A stretch of 64,000 bases of DNA from Macrostomum hystrix (GCA_950097015.1 CATNEN010000001.1:3844001-3908000); one strand, 5' to 3'; counted from the stretch's first letter, positions 11,157-21,662 are shown. Notes: a model not told the origin generated them from the letters alone. Numbers and translations: made by a program.

Positions 11157-13428
11157 AACTAACGTACAAAGTATTATCAATTCAGCTTTGAGGTGTGAGA
11201 GATTACTCAGAGATACTAGCAGCGAAGAAGAAATCGAAGAAGAAAAAATTGTGTCAATTGAAGAAACTGAATCGGAATCTGAAGAAGCGGAAGCTAAAGA
11301 TGCTGAACTTAATATGAATGAAGTTGAACAGGAATTAATGGAAACCGAATCTGATGAAGTTGAAGCAGCAATAACTGAGTCTAATAAAGAAGGATCAAAA
11401 TCCGAATCATTAGGAGTCGAGTCTGAATCTGATGAGGAAATTTCCGAAGAAGAGACGGAAGAAGAGAGTGAAGAATTGGATGTGTCATCTGATCATTCTG
11501 TGTCTCGAGCAAGTCCTGAAGACTGGCGTCCCGTTGTTGAAGATGAAGATGAAGAATTTTACGATGTTGAAGAATCTAGCGGTAAAAATAGCCTTGTTGA
11601 GAGTGGCTATGCTGATACCGAAATTTTTGAGGACGCAGTTGAGGATATTTTCGAAGATGCCTATGATGGTGACAGTGAGGATGAAGGATTGTATGAGGAT
11701 GCGAGAGACTACTTCAACGATGAAGAGGAGGAAGTAGCTTGTCGGAAATTACTCACGGAATTTCTTCCCATGCCTGTAACTAAGGAACAGTTAATTGCAG
11801 CTCAGGAAGATGATGTTGTTATTAACCTTCTGACTCAGTGGAAGCGAGATGGAGTGAAGCAGTTGCCAGAGAACACCTCCAAAGAAATAAAAAGATATGA
11901 GAAATATTACGACCAGATGCGAATTGAAGAAAATGTACTAGTTATATATGATGGTGAAAGTTGGAAGATAGTACTTCCAGAAGAAATGGACGCAGCTGTT
12001 CTGAAAGATCTGCATGACAGTCCGCTGACTGGTCACCTGGGCCGGGACAGAACTCTGCAGAGAGTGACAAGGCGATTCTGGAGACCCGGATTAAACAGTG
12101 CTGTAGAAAGATATGTATCTGAGTGCATTCCGTGTCTAGAAAGTAAGACCGGAAATAAAATTCAAGCACCTGTTCAAACATTTCCTATCTGTGAGCCTTT
12201 CCACAGGCTGCACATTGATGTGATTGGTCCTATCTCCAAGGAAAGTAAGCGGGGACATCAGTATGTGCTCACCGTGGTTGACAGCACTACGAAATACCCA
12301 TTTGCTTTTCCTATGCGAAATCAGAAGTCCAACACTGTCATCAAATTACTCCAGGAAAGAATTTTCTGTGAGTACGGGCAGTGTGGTTGGATCCATACTG
12401 ATAACGGAAGAACCTTCACTAGCCATCAGTTTCAAGCTTTCTGCGCATTGTACAATATTAAACATACGTTTACAACTCCATATCATGCGCAGAGTAATGG
12501 CCTAGTGGAGAGATTCAATAGACAATTGAAATCTATAATCACCTGTCTGATTGACAAAGACCATGCAGACTGGGATTTGCTGATTCCTGCAGCGCTGGTA
12601 GCAGTGCGTACCAGTATAAATCAGACCACCGGGTTCACACCCCATTACTTAATGTTTGGGAGAGAAGCCGATTTGCCGATTGATCTGATTGCGAAGCAGC
12701 CAAAATCTTATAAAGATTATCCTAGCTATGTAATGGAGCATGCAGAGAGACTAACTCAGGCCAATAAGATAGTGCAGCAACAGTTGAATAAAGTCAAGGA
12801 GAGTAGAAAGAAATCTGAGAAGGAACGGAAGCCGCCTAAAGAAATTGCTGTGGGGAGCTTAGTGCTGATTAATAACCCACAAATTCAGCCAGGCGAGAGT
12901 CATAAGTTCCACAGAAAGAAGAGAGCTGCTTATCGCGTATTGAGTCAGATATCCGACACTGTTTTTCGAATTCAGAAGGAAACCGATGGAGTGCTAGAAG
13001 GACCGAAAATGATAGCGCATAGGAATAATGTCACTGCTGTTCCGAATTCAATGAGAATTGTTGAAGAAATTGTGAAGAAAAATGGCGCTCCTAAAGCAAA
13101 GGCCAAGCCCGCAGAGCAAGGTATTAAGAGGAGGCAGCCAGAACACAAAAAGCCGCCAGACAAATTGCCGGACGTGTCAGATAGTGAGTTAAGCTCTGAA
13201 GAAAGAATTAGATGGTCTGCCCGTGGCAGGGAAAGTTTTGACCCGCACGAGGAAAATGAATCGCCAGAGAGCGATACCAGTGAAAGCTCGGAGGAAAATG
13301 AAGAAATCCCCGAGGACTTAACAGATCGAGTTGCCTATAATCTCAGGCCACGCCTGACCCCACGCATCACGCAGACATGCGGTGATCTCGTGCCAAAGCT
13401 TAAGCGTGCTCGCTTTCAAAAACAATAG
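11089..13428 (+). CDS. Pol-frame ORF: ~200-aa D/E/S-rich linker plus DD35E integrase, expressed as a Gag fusion
   Basis: HDSPLTGHLG...CIPC zinc finger; HIDVIGP, HTDNG, NGLVERFN with 35 aa between D and E; degenerate GPY/F region; no D[ST]G protease, YxDD RT or RNase H motifs. Confidence 0.92.
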   Translation: MRSEDRAERPRSSRVTTSELLASTNVQSIINSALRCERLLRDTSSEEEIEEEKIVSIEETESESEEAEAKDAELNMNEVEQELMETESDEVEAAITESNKEGSKSESLGVESESDEEISEEETEEESEELDVSSDHSVSRASPEDWRPVVEDEDEEFYDVEESSGKNSLVESGYADTEIFEDAVEDIFEDAYDGDSEDEGLYEDARDYFNDEEEEVACRKLLTEFLPMPVTKEQLIAAQEDDVVINLLTQWKRDGVKQLPENTSKEIKRYEKYYDQMRIEENVLVIYDGESWKIVLPEEMDAAVLKDLHDSPLTGHLGRDRTLQRVTRRFWRPGLNSAVERYVSECIPCLESKTGNKIQAPVQTFPICEPFHRLHIDVIGPISKESKRGHQYVLTVVDSTTKYPFAFPMRNQKSNTVIKLLQERIFCEYGQCGWIHTDNGRTFTSHQFQAFCALYNIKHTFTTPYHAQSNGLVERFNRQLKSIITCLIDKDHADWDLLIPAALVAVRTSINQTTGFTPHYLMFGREADLPIDLIAKQPKSYKDYPSYVMEHAERLTQANKIVQQQLNKVKESRKKSEKERKPPKEIAVGSLVLINNPQIQPGESHKFHRKKRAAYRVLSQISDTVFRIQKETDGVLEGPKMIAHRNNVTAVPNSMRIVEEIVKKNGAPKAKAKPAEQGIKRRQPEHKKPPDKLPDVSDSELSSEERIRWSARGRESFDPHEENESPESDTSESSEENEEIPEDLTDRVAYNLRPRLTPRITQTCGDLVPKLKRARFQKQ

Positions 13429-13781
13429 GCGAACGCCCACCACCCCAGGCCAGTAAGCCAATGGGTGATGATATTGCTCACATATTCTCCGTGTATTATT
13501 GTGTAATCTGGCGATACCTATATCGCTAATATATCCTGCGTGTATCAAATTTGTATTGTTGTGTAATTCCTACGATAAGACTGCGTCACGAAAATATTTT
13601 AAATACTCTCCGCATATTATTTGGTATATCTTGTATACACATCGATATCCTCATTGCAAACAAAATCTCGGCATCCTATTGGTCAGGCACTTGCCCATTT
13701 TGTGACTATATAAAGGGCCACCTCGGAACAAGGGTTGCGCTAGCTAAGTGCTCTACTGAGACATACAGCCAACTCGCCATA

Positions 13782-14660
13782 ATGGCCGAAAATACCTCAC
13801 TGAGTGATTTCTTACAAGAACTCATTGACTGTAATGAAGTTCCAAATGAATTCACAGGAGTGAGTGTGGAAGTCCTGCCAGCAGGCAGCGAAACTGAGCC
13901 GCCAATAGGCGAGTGCAATGTGGTTGACACCACGCCACGCAACGAATTGGCCGCTCCGCTGCGGCAGGCCACGCGGCCGAAACCACCTGCCTATAGGGGC
14001 ACGGCTGTCAAGCGGATGAGAACCTCAAGCCCGCGGCTGGAACCAGAGAATCGGCCACGAGGATCGCCGCAAAGCCGAGTCTCTAGACTGCCAATATCTA
14101 CAGCCGAGATTCGTAGGCCTACAGTGCTATTGCAGCAGCCACCTGCGCATAGACCATCACAACCGACAAAGGTGGTGCAACAACCAAAGCCGCAATCAAC
14201 AGTGTACAGACCACCGTCACGCCAGCCGCTGGCTCCACGGCCTCAGAAGTTATCCACACCGGAGGATAATTGGCCACCGCGGTCTGCAGCAGCACATGGC
14301 CGGGCCGATCGGCCGGCTGCGTCAAGGATTCCACCACCCAGAATCGGGACCCGCGAAGAGCGCGTGGCCAAAGCGCAGCACAAGTTGACGCAATATCTGC
14401 TAAAAATTGTGTTCCTGCGCCATGACCAAGCACTGCCGCAGAGGGCGCACATATGGCCTTCAATTCGCTCCCTACGCAGTGCGACGGACACGGCCGGGGC
14501 CATTACGGCCATGGAGACGGTCGCCGACAGGATACGGCGAGCTCTAAATGCAGGCGACAGGCAGGCCTTCCGGACCCTACTGAACATCGAGGTACGCTGG
14601 ATCCTCATCCAGCTAGGCTGGATCCACTACGAGGAACCACCGCCGCAGTTTGAGTTCTAG
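13782..14660 (+). CDS. ORF3, 292-aa orphan protein (acidic N-terminus, P/R/Q-rich middle, helical C-terminus)
   Basis: Good-context ATG (GCCATAATGG) about 70 nt after TATATAAA at 13707; uninterrupted and GC-rich; lies between integrase and PPT. Confidence 0.7.
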   Translation: MAENTSLSDFLQELIDCNEVPNEFTGVSVEVLPAGSETEPPIGECNVVDTTPRNELAAPLRQATRPKPPAYRGTAVKRMRTSSPRLEPENRPRGSPQSRVSRLPISTAEIRRPTVLLQQPPAHRPSQPTKVVQQPKPQSTVYRPPSRQPLAPRPQKLSTPEDNWPPRSAAAHGRADRPAASRIPPPRIGTREERVAKAQHKLTQYLLKIVFLRHDQALPQRAHIWPSIRSLRSATDTAGAITAMETVADRIRRALNAGDRQAFRTLLNIEVRWILIQLGWIHYEEPPPQFEF

Positions 14661-14777
14661 AGGGATTGACTAAGTGTTTAATCAATTTTTATGGACATTT
14701 ATTTTTCTGCAAAGTGTTAATCCTTAGCTAACATCTTTTGCTAATAATACTTCACTTAATTATTCAGTATTATTATT

Positions 14778-14789
14778 AAGAGGAGGCAG
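14778..14789 (+). promoter_or_regulatory. Polypurine tract
   Basis: AAGAGGAGGCAG immediately before the 3' LTR. Confidence 0.8.
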
Positions 14790-14790
14790 T

Positions 14791-15383
14791 TGTTGTGGGT
14801 CAAATTTAAATCCGCGCTAGAAAAATATACTGTATGTATACTGGTAATATTAGCCTTATTCGATTTGTTTAAAATGTAAAAATATACTGAGCATATATCC
14901 AGCGTACGTGGAAAAATTACTATAAATACAGCCCAGTTTCAATTAGATAGCTAACCGTTTCGTGACCATTATTAAGAAACAGTTCAATTCTCCTCGTGAG
15001 CAATCTTAACAAAGCCTTACTTATTTCTAAAGTAAGTGGAAGCCGTTGAAACCGATCCGGGGAAGCCCGAGTACAGACTGGCCAAAGAGCCTGAGTTATC
15101 TGACATATCTGTCTGAATCACCTGAGAGCATTGCCTCCAGAACTAACTAGATTTAATATCTAGAACATTACTGGCAGAAGGCCAGAAATATCGTGACAAA
15201 GAGCCACGCTACCCAAACTATCAGTAGTTTGTATAAGTCCACCCGAGCAGGGGTGTGGTATAATGTATATGTCACTCTAAAATGATTGACAGGCAATAAG
15301 TCAGAAGTTTAGGCCAATTACTTACAGTATGAGGAGAGTTTGAATTACTAGAAAAGTGCAATTGTAGAAGAAGCACTACAACA
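14791..15383 (+). repeat. 3' LTR
   Basis: Direct repeat of 9305-9897, followed by TSD AATG. Confidence 0.97.
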
Positions 15384-15498
15384 AATGGAAAGCGTGAAAT
15401 ATCGAGAGGGAGATTAAGTTATATAATAGTTATATATTATAGTAAGGTAACTCGCTTTATAAGCAACAGGAAAAGAAATGAAATTGCCAACATAAGTT

Positions 15499-15548
15499 TA
15501 AAGTGCCGAAGCTTTTCGTCCTAAGCGGACATCGTCAGGGTCGATTTA
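15499..15548 (-). ncRNA. Minimal hammerhead ribozyme in the 3' pLTR
   Basis: Reverse complement of 17331-17380: CUGACGA-U-GUCC gcuua GGAC-GAAA-AGCU-UC. Confidence 0.75.
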
Positions 15549-15760
15549 TTGAAAACGAAAACACTGGTATTTAAAAGTAGGTTGTTGCACATTGTGAGTT
15601 AAAGTCCGATGGACAGGGTCGATTTATTGAGAAACGAAAACGTAGGTGTTTAAAAGGTTATTGTACATTGTGAGATAAAGTCCGATGGGCAGGTCAAAAG
15701 GCGAACCAGAGGTTGGAGAGGAGCGCACACACAACTCAGAGAGAGAGCGTGCCTCATACG

Positions 15761-17106
15761 TCAGAACACTTGGAGCTGTTGGCTTGCACCGTTCCCCGCT
15801 AATTGGACATTAAGGTTTGGCTTGAGGGCCTTGATGTACATGGCTTCAAGAATGGTCAGTTTGTAATCTTGCCTACACGTGTCAACAACTTTGAACAGTT
15901 CAAGTGGCTCCTTATTACAACAACTATCGCAACCTAGCAAATGGTCCCGGATAGCAGAGTTTTTTACCCAATGCTCCTTAGCCCTCGTGTACAAATGTCG
16001 TTTAGTCTTTCCCACGTAAGTGGTGCTCTGATCCACAGAACAATTGAATTGGTACACGACACCTGCAACAAGTGGCCTTGGAACACGGGATTTCAATCTG
16101 CTAACAAAACGGGAAATCTTGTCGGTGCGAAAGATGACCTTGATATCAGAGTCAAACCATTTACGGAAAATCTTTTCAAGTTGTTTCTTGAACATCATCG
16201 AAGGGATTCCAATAAATGGCAGGATAATCATGGGAGTGTTCAGGTCCTTATCTCTATCCCTGTCCCTCTGCATGCGACGATTAGTGAATTTGTTGTTCAT
16301 GAACTTGTTGATGTGGTAATAAATGTAGTTTTTGGGATAGCCATTGGCACCAAAGATCCTAAGCAGTTCAAGGGTTTCAAGATGGAACATTTCCCAGGAG
16401 CTACAAATCGTAAAGGCTCTCTGAAGCATGCAACTAATGAGACCTGATTTCCATTGCCTTGGGCACAGAGCGTCGAACCGTAACATGAGCCCAGTGAACG
16501 TAGATTTCCGGAACACACCCGTGGAGAAAACGCCCTTCTCAGCATCAACGTTAATGTCGATGTCAAGAAAAGGGAGGCGTCTGCCACCGCCTTCCACAGT
16601 GAACTTTATGTTCTCGTGGGTTGAGTTGATGGCTTTTAGAAAGTCCTCCCTCTTGGCCTCATCGTCAAAGATGGTGAAGGTGTCATCCACGTAGCGTTTG
16701 TAGAAGTGAGGGGCACATGGCAGCTTTAGCCACTCCTTCTCCCAATGGGTCATGCAAATGTTGGCAAGGGTGGGGGCCAGTGGGCTACCCATAGCACAAC
16801 CATCAACCTGCCGGTAATATTTGTCCTGGAACAAGAACACCCCAGAGGTAGCGTATCCAAGCATTTTCTTGAACGTCACTTTGGAGAAAGGTGGGGGATT
16901 GTTCTGAAACACCAGATCAGCGGCCAAATCAATAGCCAACTTCAATGGGATGTTGGTGAACAGCGACACCACATCGAAGCTGAACAGCTTGTCATTGGGA
17001 TTGACGGTGTACTGATTCAAGGATTTGAGGAAGGCCCCGTTAGAGTTGACACTGGCACCCTGCTCAATAAGGGGTTTGATCAAAGCATCAAGGTACTTCG
17101 CAAGTT
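15761..17106 (-). CDS. Penelope RT + GIY-YIG endonuclease (N-terminally truncated, no internal stops)
   Basis: ORF track 15761..17194; its first ~29 codons come from the inverted pLTR. Confidence 0.85.
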
Positions 17107-17330
17107 CAAGTGTTCTGACGTATGAGGCACGCTCTCTCTCTGAGTTGTGTGTGCGCTCCTCTCCAACCTCTGGTTCGCCTTTTGACCTGCCCATCGGACT
17201 TTATCTCACAATGTACAATAACCTTTTAAACACCTACGTTTTCGTTTCTCAATAAATCGACCCTGTCCATCGGACTTTAACTCACAATGTGCAACAACCT
17301 ACTTTTAAATACCAGTGTTTTCGTTTTCAA

Positions 17331-17380
17331 TAAATCGACCCTGACGATGTCCGCTTAGGACGAAAAGCTTCGGCACTTTA
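17331..17380 (+). ncRNA. Minimal hammerhead ribozyme in the inverted pLTR
   Basis: CTGACGA, 4-bp stem II GTCC/GGAC, GAAA, palindromic AAGCTT stem III, UC cleavage site, weak stem I. Confidence 0.75.
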
Positions 17381-18214
17381 AACTTATGTTGGCAATTTCA
17401 TTTCTTATATATTATAATATTATATAATAGGGTATATAGTATATAACAGAACAAATAGTATGTGCAAGATCACTGAAATCCCTGCATGGAAGTGTAATGA
17501 AAAACTCACATTATCTTTTTTTGAAAATGGAATTACCCCAATGAAAAGGTTTGTAGCATTTTTTCAACTCTAAAAATTGAATTGGAAAAAAGCAACATTT
17601 AAATCCAGTGCAATACATAAGAAATAAATATAGCCTTATGTGGTTCTGCACAATGACTATTTCCAATCACCGCGGTACTCGACCTGCCAGCGCCTAAAGA
17701 GTATGTTATTAGTAGTGAAATCGGATAGCGCGCCGATCGACAATAAAAAAATAACAAAGAAATTTAATTCACAAAAAATTTTTTTGTGGGTACATAATTT
17801 ATTGTCACTCAATTTAATTGATTAGCGTTGATAGAATCGGCGTTCACTAGTTAACGATGATAGTTATATAGTTATAGTATAAAGGTATGAGCGATATTAA
17901 AATATCTCAGAGCCAACACCAAACACATACCAAATGTTATGCAAATGTAATTATTAGTTCCTTTTTTCACGACACAGCTGTGACTTTCATTTTATTATTA
18001 TTTATTTATTTATTTCTCATTTATTTATTTTTTAGAGCTTATTTAAAATGGTAGAAATGTTAAAACTTTTAAACGACTGAATAATAGCTGTTCACAGAAT
18101 ATAAGAAAAACTACAAGAAACAGGTTAGATACAGTTTTTGAAATTCAATTTAACGTAAAAACACTTTTTAGTGCGCAGATTCCGCAGTGTTGCTCAGCGA
18201 ATTCCGTAAAACGA

Positions 18215-18528
18215 TCAATAATAATAGGGCGGCAAATAATAGTGGTAGTAACGTCGAAACCTCCTTCTCTTCTTGGCTGGTTGCTCGACCTCCTACGAGT
18301 ACATTAGTGAAGAGAATAACGAGAATTCAACTTTTAATAAACACTGACACTGAAAAATAAAACTAAATGAGAAAAAGCATGCTATCTCACCTCAGCATCG
18401 ACATCATCGTACTGTGGCTCCTCTTGAGCAATCAGGTTTTCTGAATTCGGGGCGCTTTTGGATTCCGCCACTGTGCACAAAGCCAGCAGAGCGGCTACTG
18501 CAAAAGCAATTAGCAGGCTGGCCCTCAT
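18215..18528 (-). CDS. Secreted prepropeptide A (71 aa); exons 18528-18391 and 18292-18215
   Basis: MRASLLIAFAVAALLALCTVAESKSAPNSENLIAQEEPQYDDVDAE|EVEQPAKKRRRFRRYYHYYLPPYYY*; GTGAG donor, CTAAT branch point plus TAG acceptor, TATAA ~80 nt upstream. Confidence 0.8.
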
Positions 18529-20175
18529 TTTGCAGGCTTCAGTTTTCGTCGGTTAGGCAGACAGAAGTCTTTAGGAAAAGAAGTTGATGCATTGCTATCC
18601 GATAGTTATACACATTTACTGAGTCCGTCCATCCAGGATTTTTGCTCCGATAGAACAATGGCACCTTTTTGTACTCGAGACTAGTTTGATTCATTTTACA
18701 CTGGTTTACTATCGACAATGGGCATCTAATTTTGCCTTTTTTGAGCAGCTGCTTACTTTCAAATGGAGAATATTAATTACTTTGTTGGTTTTAATCCAAG
18801 ATTTGCTCTTCTACTGACAGAGCTGTTTGAACCCCGCTACCAGAGCACGGATTTGAATTGGCCTCTATAATAGTGCTTTGTGGCAAATTTATTTTGTTTT
18901 AAATAATGTGAAAGACGTATTTTTTTGAAGAACAAATACTTCATATAATATGATATGATATAATATCATATTATGCGCTTGTAGTGTACTAAAGGGCAAA
19001 CGGCAACTTACTATACACATGGACATCGTGAAAATATCCAAGCTAGAAATAGAAATTTGATTAAATAATTAAGTATTAAAGTTGAATAAACTCAGCAAAT
19101 CAGTCAACTCATGTCAGCGTAAATCAGATTTACGTATCAAATCAGCAACCAGCAATAAATCAGTTGTACAATTTATATGCGAGCGTATTATTGTATCGTA
19201 TTTCAAATGCCCACTGTCCACTTCCCGATAGCTCCCAAACCGAATGACCGATTTTTGTGAAAGTCCAACATATAGAACAAAATTTTCCGTCCTTCACGAT
19301 TCACAAACTTTATAAGCCGTCCGACGTCAGCATCGTCGAGATATTCAGCGATTCTTGTCGAAGACCGTTGTGTCAAGGACAACTAAAATTGCTCTGTATA
19401 AACCTGTTTCGCGAATCTATGTCTGTTCAGAAATGAAAAAATGGCAATCAACACTAATAATCAACACTAATAGCAGACATGTTCACATGCTGAAATTTTG
19501 TGAGCCGAAAAAAATATTTGTTTATGTTGGTGGTTTTTGTCACCAGACACTACGACGAGAATACTTGAATATCTCGACAATTCCGATTTTTCGTGATTCT
19601 GGTGCTCTGAATTTTCATGTCGATTGGTTGAATATTTCATTCGATGATACAGAAAATTGTAAGAATTTGATATTCCCCTGTGTTATTTCTAATAATAAAA
19701 AGTAAAAAGCGACCACGCTAACAGGATGGATAGTAAGGCAATCAAATAATTCAGTCGATGATACTATTGTCTTTATTTATTTAAAACTAGTTTCAACAGG
19801 ACATGCTCGCAAATCCAGGAGTTTTATCTGACGAAAATAAATTGTTCTTTACAATTTTATTACATTTGTCTCCAGGAGATGTGCAGCTGTGCACTTTGTT
19901 TGGGTTCAATTCATCCTCGCAAAATGAAAAAAATTACTAAGCGTTTAAGCAGCGTTTTCGCCTGCTACGCTCGTATTTCTAAAATTCATATTTTTCTCAG
20001 TACACCGTCGACTTTGTGCGTACAAAACAAACAATGTATGCTTTAAATAGAATGGCAATCTCCTATACGCTTTTCGTGTCTATAAATACCAGTGACCGCG
20101 CTGCGCACCAAGTATAAGTTAAAGGTTCGACAGTTACAATTCTGACGCAGTTGTAGGACTATTCAGAGGATCAAA

Positions 20176-21254
20176 ATGCGAGTGAATTTGCTTTTCCTAC
20201 TGGCGGCAGTCCTTTTGGTGCCGCAGTTCCTTTGCAGCAGCATCTACGATGAAGACCAGCTGGAAGCCGACAGTCCTGCAGGCGAAGCACTCTCTGACGA
20301 GGCGGACGAAGAGGTGAACTGGGATGTACCACTCATGATTGTCTGCGTATTTTCGCTGGGAAATTGTTTTCAATTCGACTTAAGAAATAGGTAGAAATAA
20401 GTATTCCTGGATGACTTTTTAATTAACAGTAGGACTACCAAGCCATTTTGCCGCCCGAATGCTAACAGCGTTAGGTGGTGACTGATTAGTTGGCAGACTA
20501 GGCGATGGTGTCCTGTGGGAGGCTTGATCAGTGAAATTGGAGAATTTGTGCCAGGGTGTCCATAGTGGCCTAGTTCCACCAGTTGTTGCCCTTGAAGGTC
20601 CAGCAGTCCGCCTTGATAAAGGTAGGTAACCACTGAAGACGGAGATGATGCAGGAACATTCGGGTGACTTGTTGATAAATTTTGAAGGCCTGGCAAGGCC
20701 GCACTGACGCGCACTGCTAATTTGTGTATAGGGGTATAAAATACACTAGCGCTAATGGGAAAATCTACCTCCGGCCAGAATTATTGAATATCTCGAAGGT
20801 CTGAAGAGCTGGCGACTTGATTATTGTTTCAGAAGATGTGGAAAAAGTTGGCCTGTGTTCTTGAGTTTCGTGTGCTTGCGTTGCTCCGTTCGGGTGCAGC
20901 AAAAATTGCCAGGGAGGATTTCCCTCCAACAGTTTATTACTTCTTAACGTTACCACTGAATATTGCTTACCACTAAACAAGGCGCTGGACACACTTCAGC
21001 AGAAGTGGTGGCTGGTTAATCATGATTGGAGATACCGCAGGAGCTACTGGCGATGGCTTCGTCGTAGGTCGTATCGCCGGCCCGCGGTCGCACGTCGCCC
21101 AGTTTACGTTGCTCGTCGACCGGTCGCGAATATTCGGACAACAACGGCAACGCAGGTCGCCGTGCCACTGACCACCCCGTCGCCGTCGGTGCAGCCTCCG
21201 CGCGCTGCCATCGCGTTAATTGACCAGACCGGCTTCGAAGATGACTCTGATTGA
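20176..21254 (+). CDS. Secreted prepropeptide B (136 aa); exons 20176-20313 and 20982-21254
   Basis: MRVNLLFLLAAVLLVPQFLCSSIYDEDQLEADSPAGEALSDEADEE|ALDTLQQKWWLVNHDWRYRRSYWRWLRRRSYRRPAVARRPVYVARRPV...VAVPLTTPSP...FEDDSD*; exon 1 is 138 nt as in gene A; TATAAATA at 20081. The acceptor could instead be one of the in-frame CAGs at 20999 or 21002. Confidence 0.75.
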
Positions 21255-21662
21255 GAAGTTAAAATTAGACAGACGAATCTCCTAACGTTCCATATACTTG
21301 ATAATATCCATATGAGATTCTAAAACTATTCAGGATACCTGAGTGCAGTAATTCTCTTTATGATTAATGACAAAAAATGTGAATTGAGAACAAAACAATT
21401 TTTTCGGATTGACTCACGTGAAGAAGACTAAAATCAAAATCTGATCTGATCGTATATAACAAGACGATCTAACTTTCAGTGTGCTTATTAATAAATAACT
21501 TATTATACTCGTAGAACTTACTTATCATAGATTTCTACGAGCGTATATTCTCGTATAGAAATTATTATTATCTCGTATTGCTCGTTTGTTTAAGTCTGCC
21601 AAAATTCACTGTTAGTTTAATGAAAAGAAGTGGATTTTCCGTTTAAGATTTTCGTAGTTATT

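Larger units (their letters stand above)
9305..15383 (+). mobile_element. Full-length Gypsy/Ty3-type LTR retroelement lacking PR, RT and RNase H (gag + acidic linker-integrase + ORF3)
   Basis: Two 593-bp TG...CA LTRs, 4-bp TSD AATG (9301-9304 and 15384-15387), PBS, PPT, intact ORFs. Confidence 0.95.
15473..17406 (-). mobile_element. Penelope-like element, 5'-truncated, with inverted 300-bp pseudo-LTRs (15473-15772 and 17107-17406)
   Basis: RT motifs SFDVVSLFTNIP, GCAMGSPLAP, RYVDD and PFLD; GIY-YIG VVYQFNC...YVGKTKRHL.TRAKEH; the two flanks are reverse complements. Confidence 0.95.

Noticed and set aside
13551-14660. ORF3 as env; TTG start at 13551
   Set aside because: No signal peptide, TM segment or furin site; the ATG at 13782 after a TATA box is the more plausible start
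9305-15383. Ginger/Maverick DNA transposon or Gmr1-type (IN before RT) element
   Set aside because: Direct LTRs, PBS, PPT and gag rule out a TIR element, and no RT follows the integrase either
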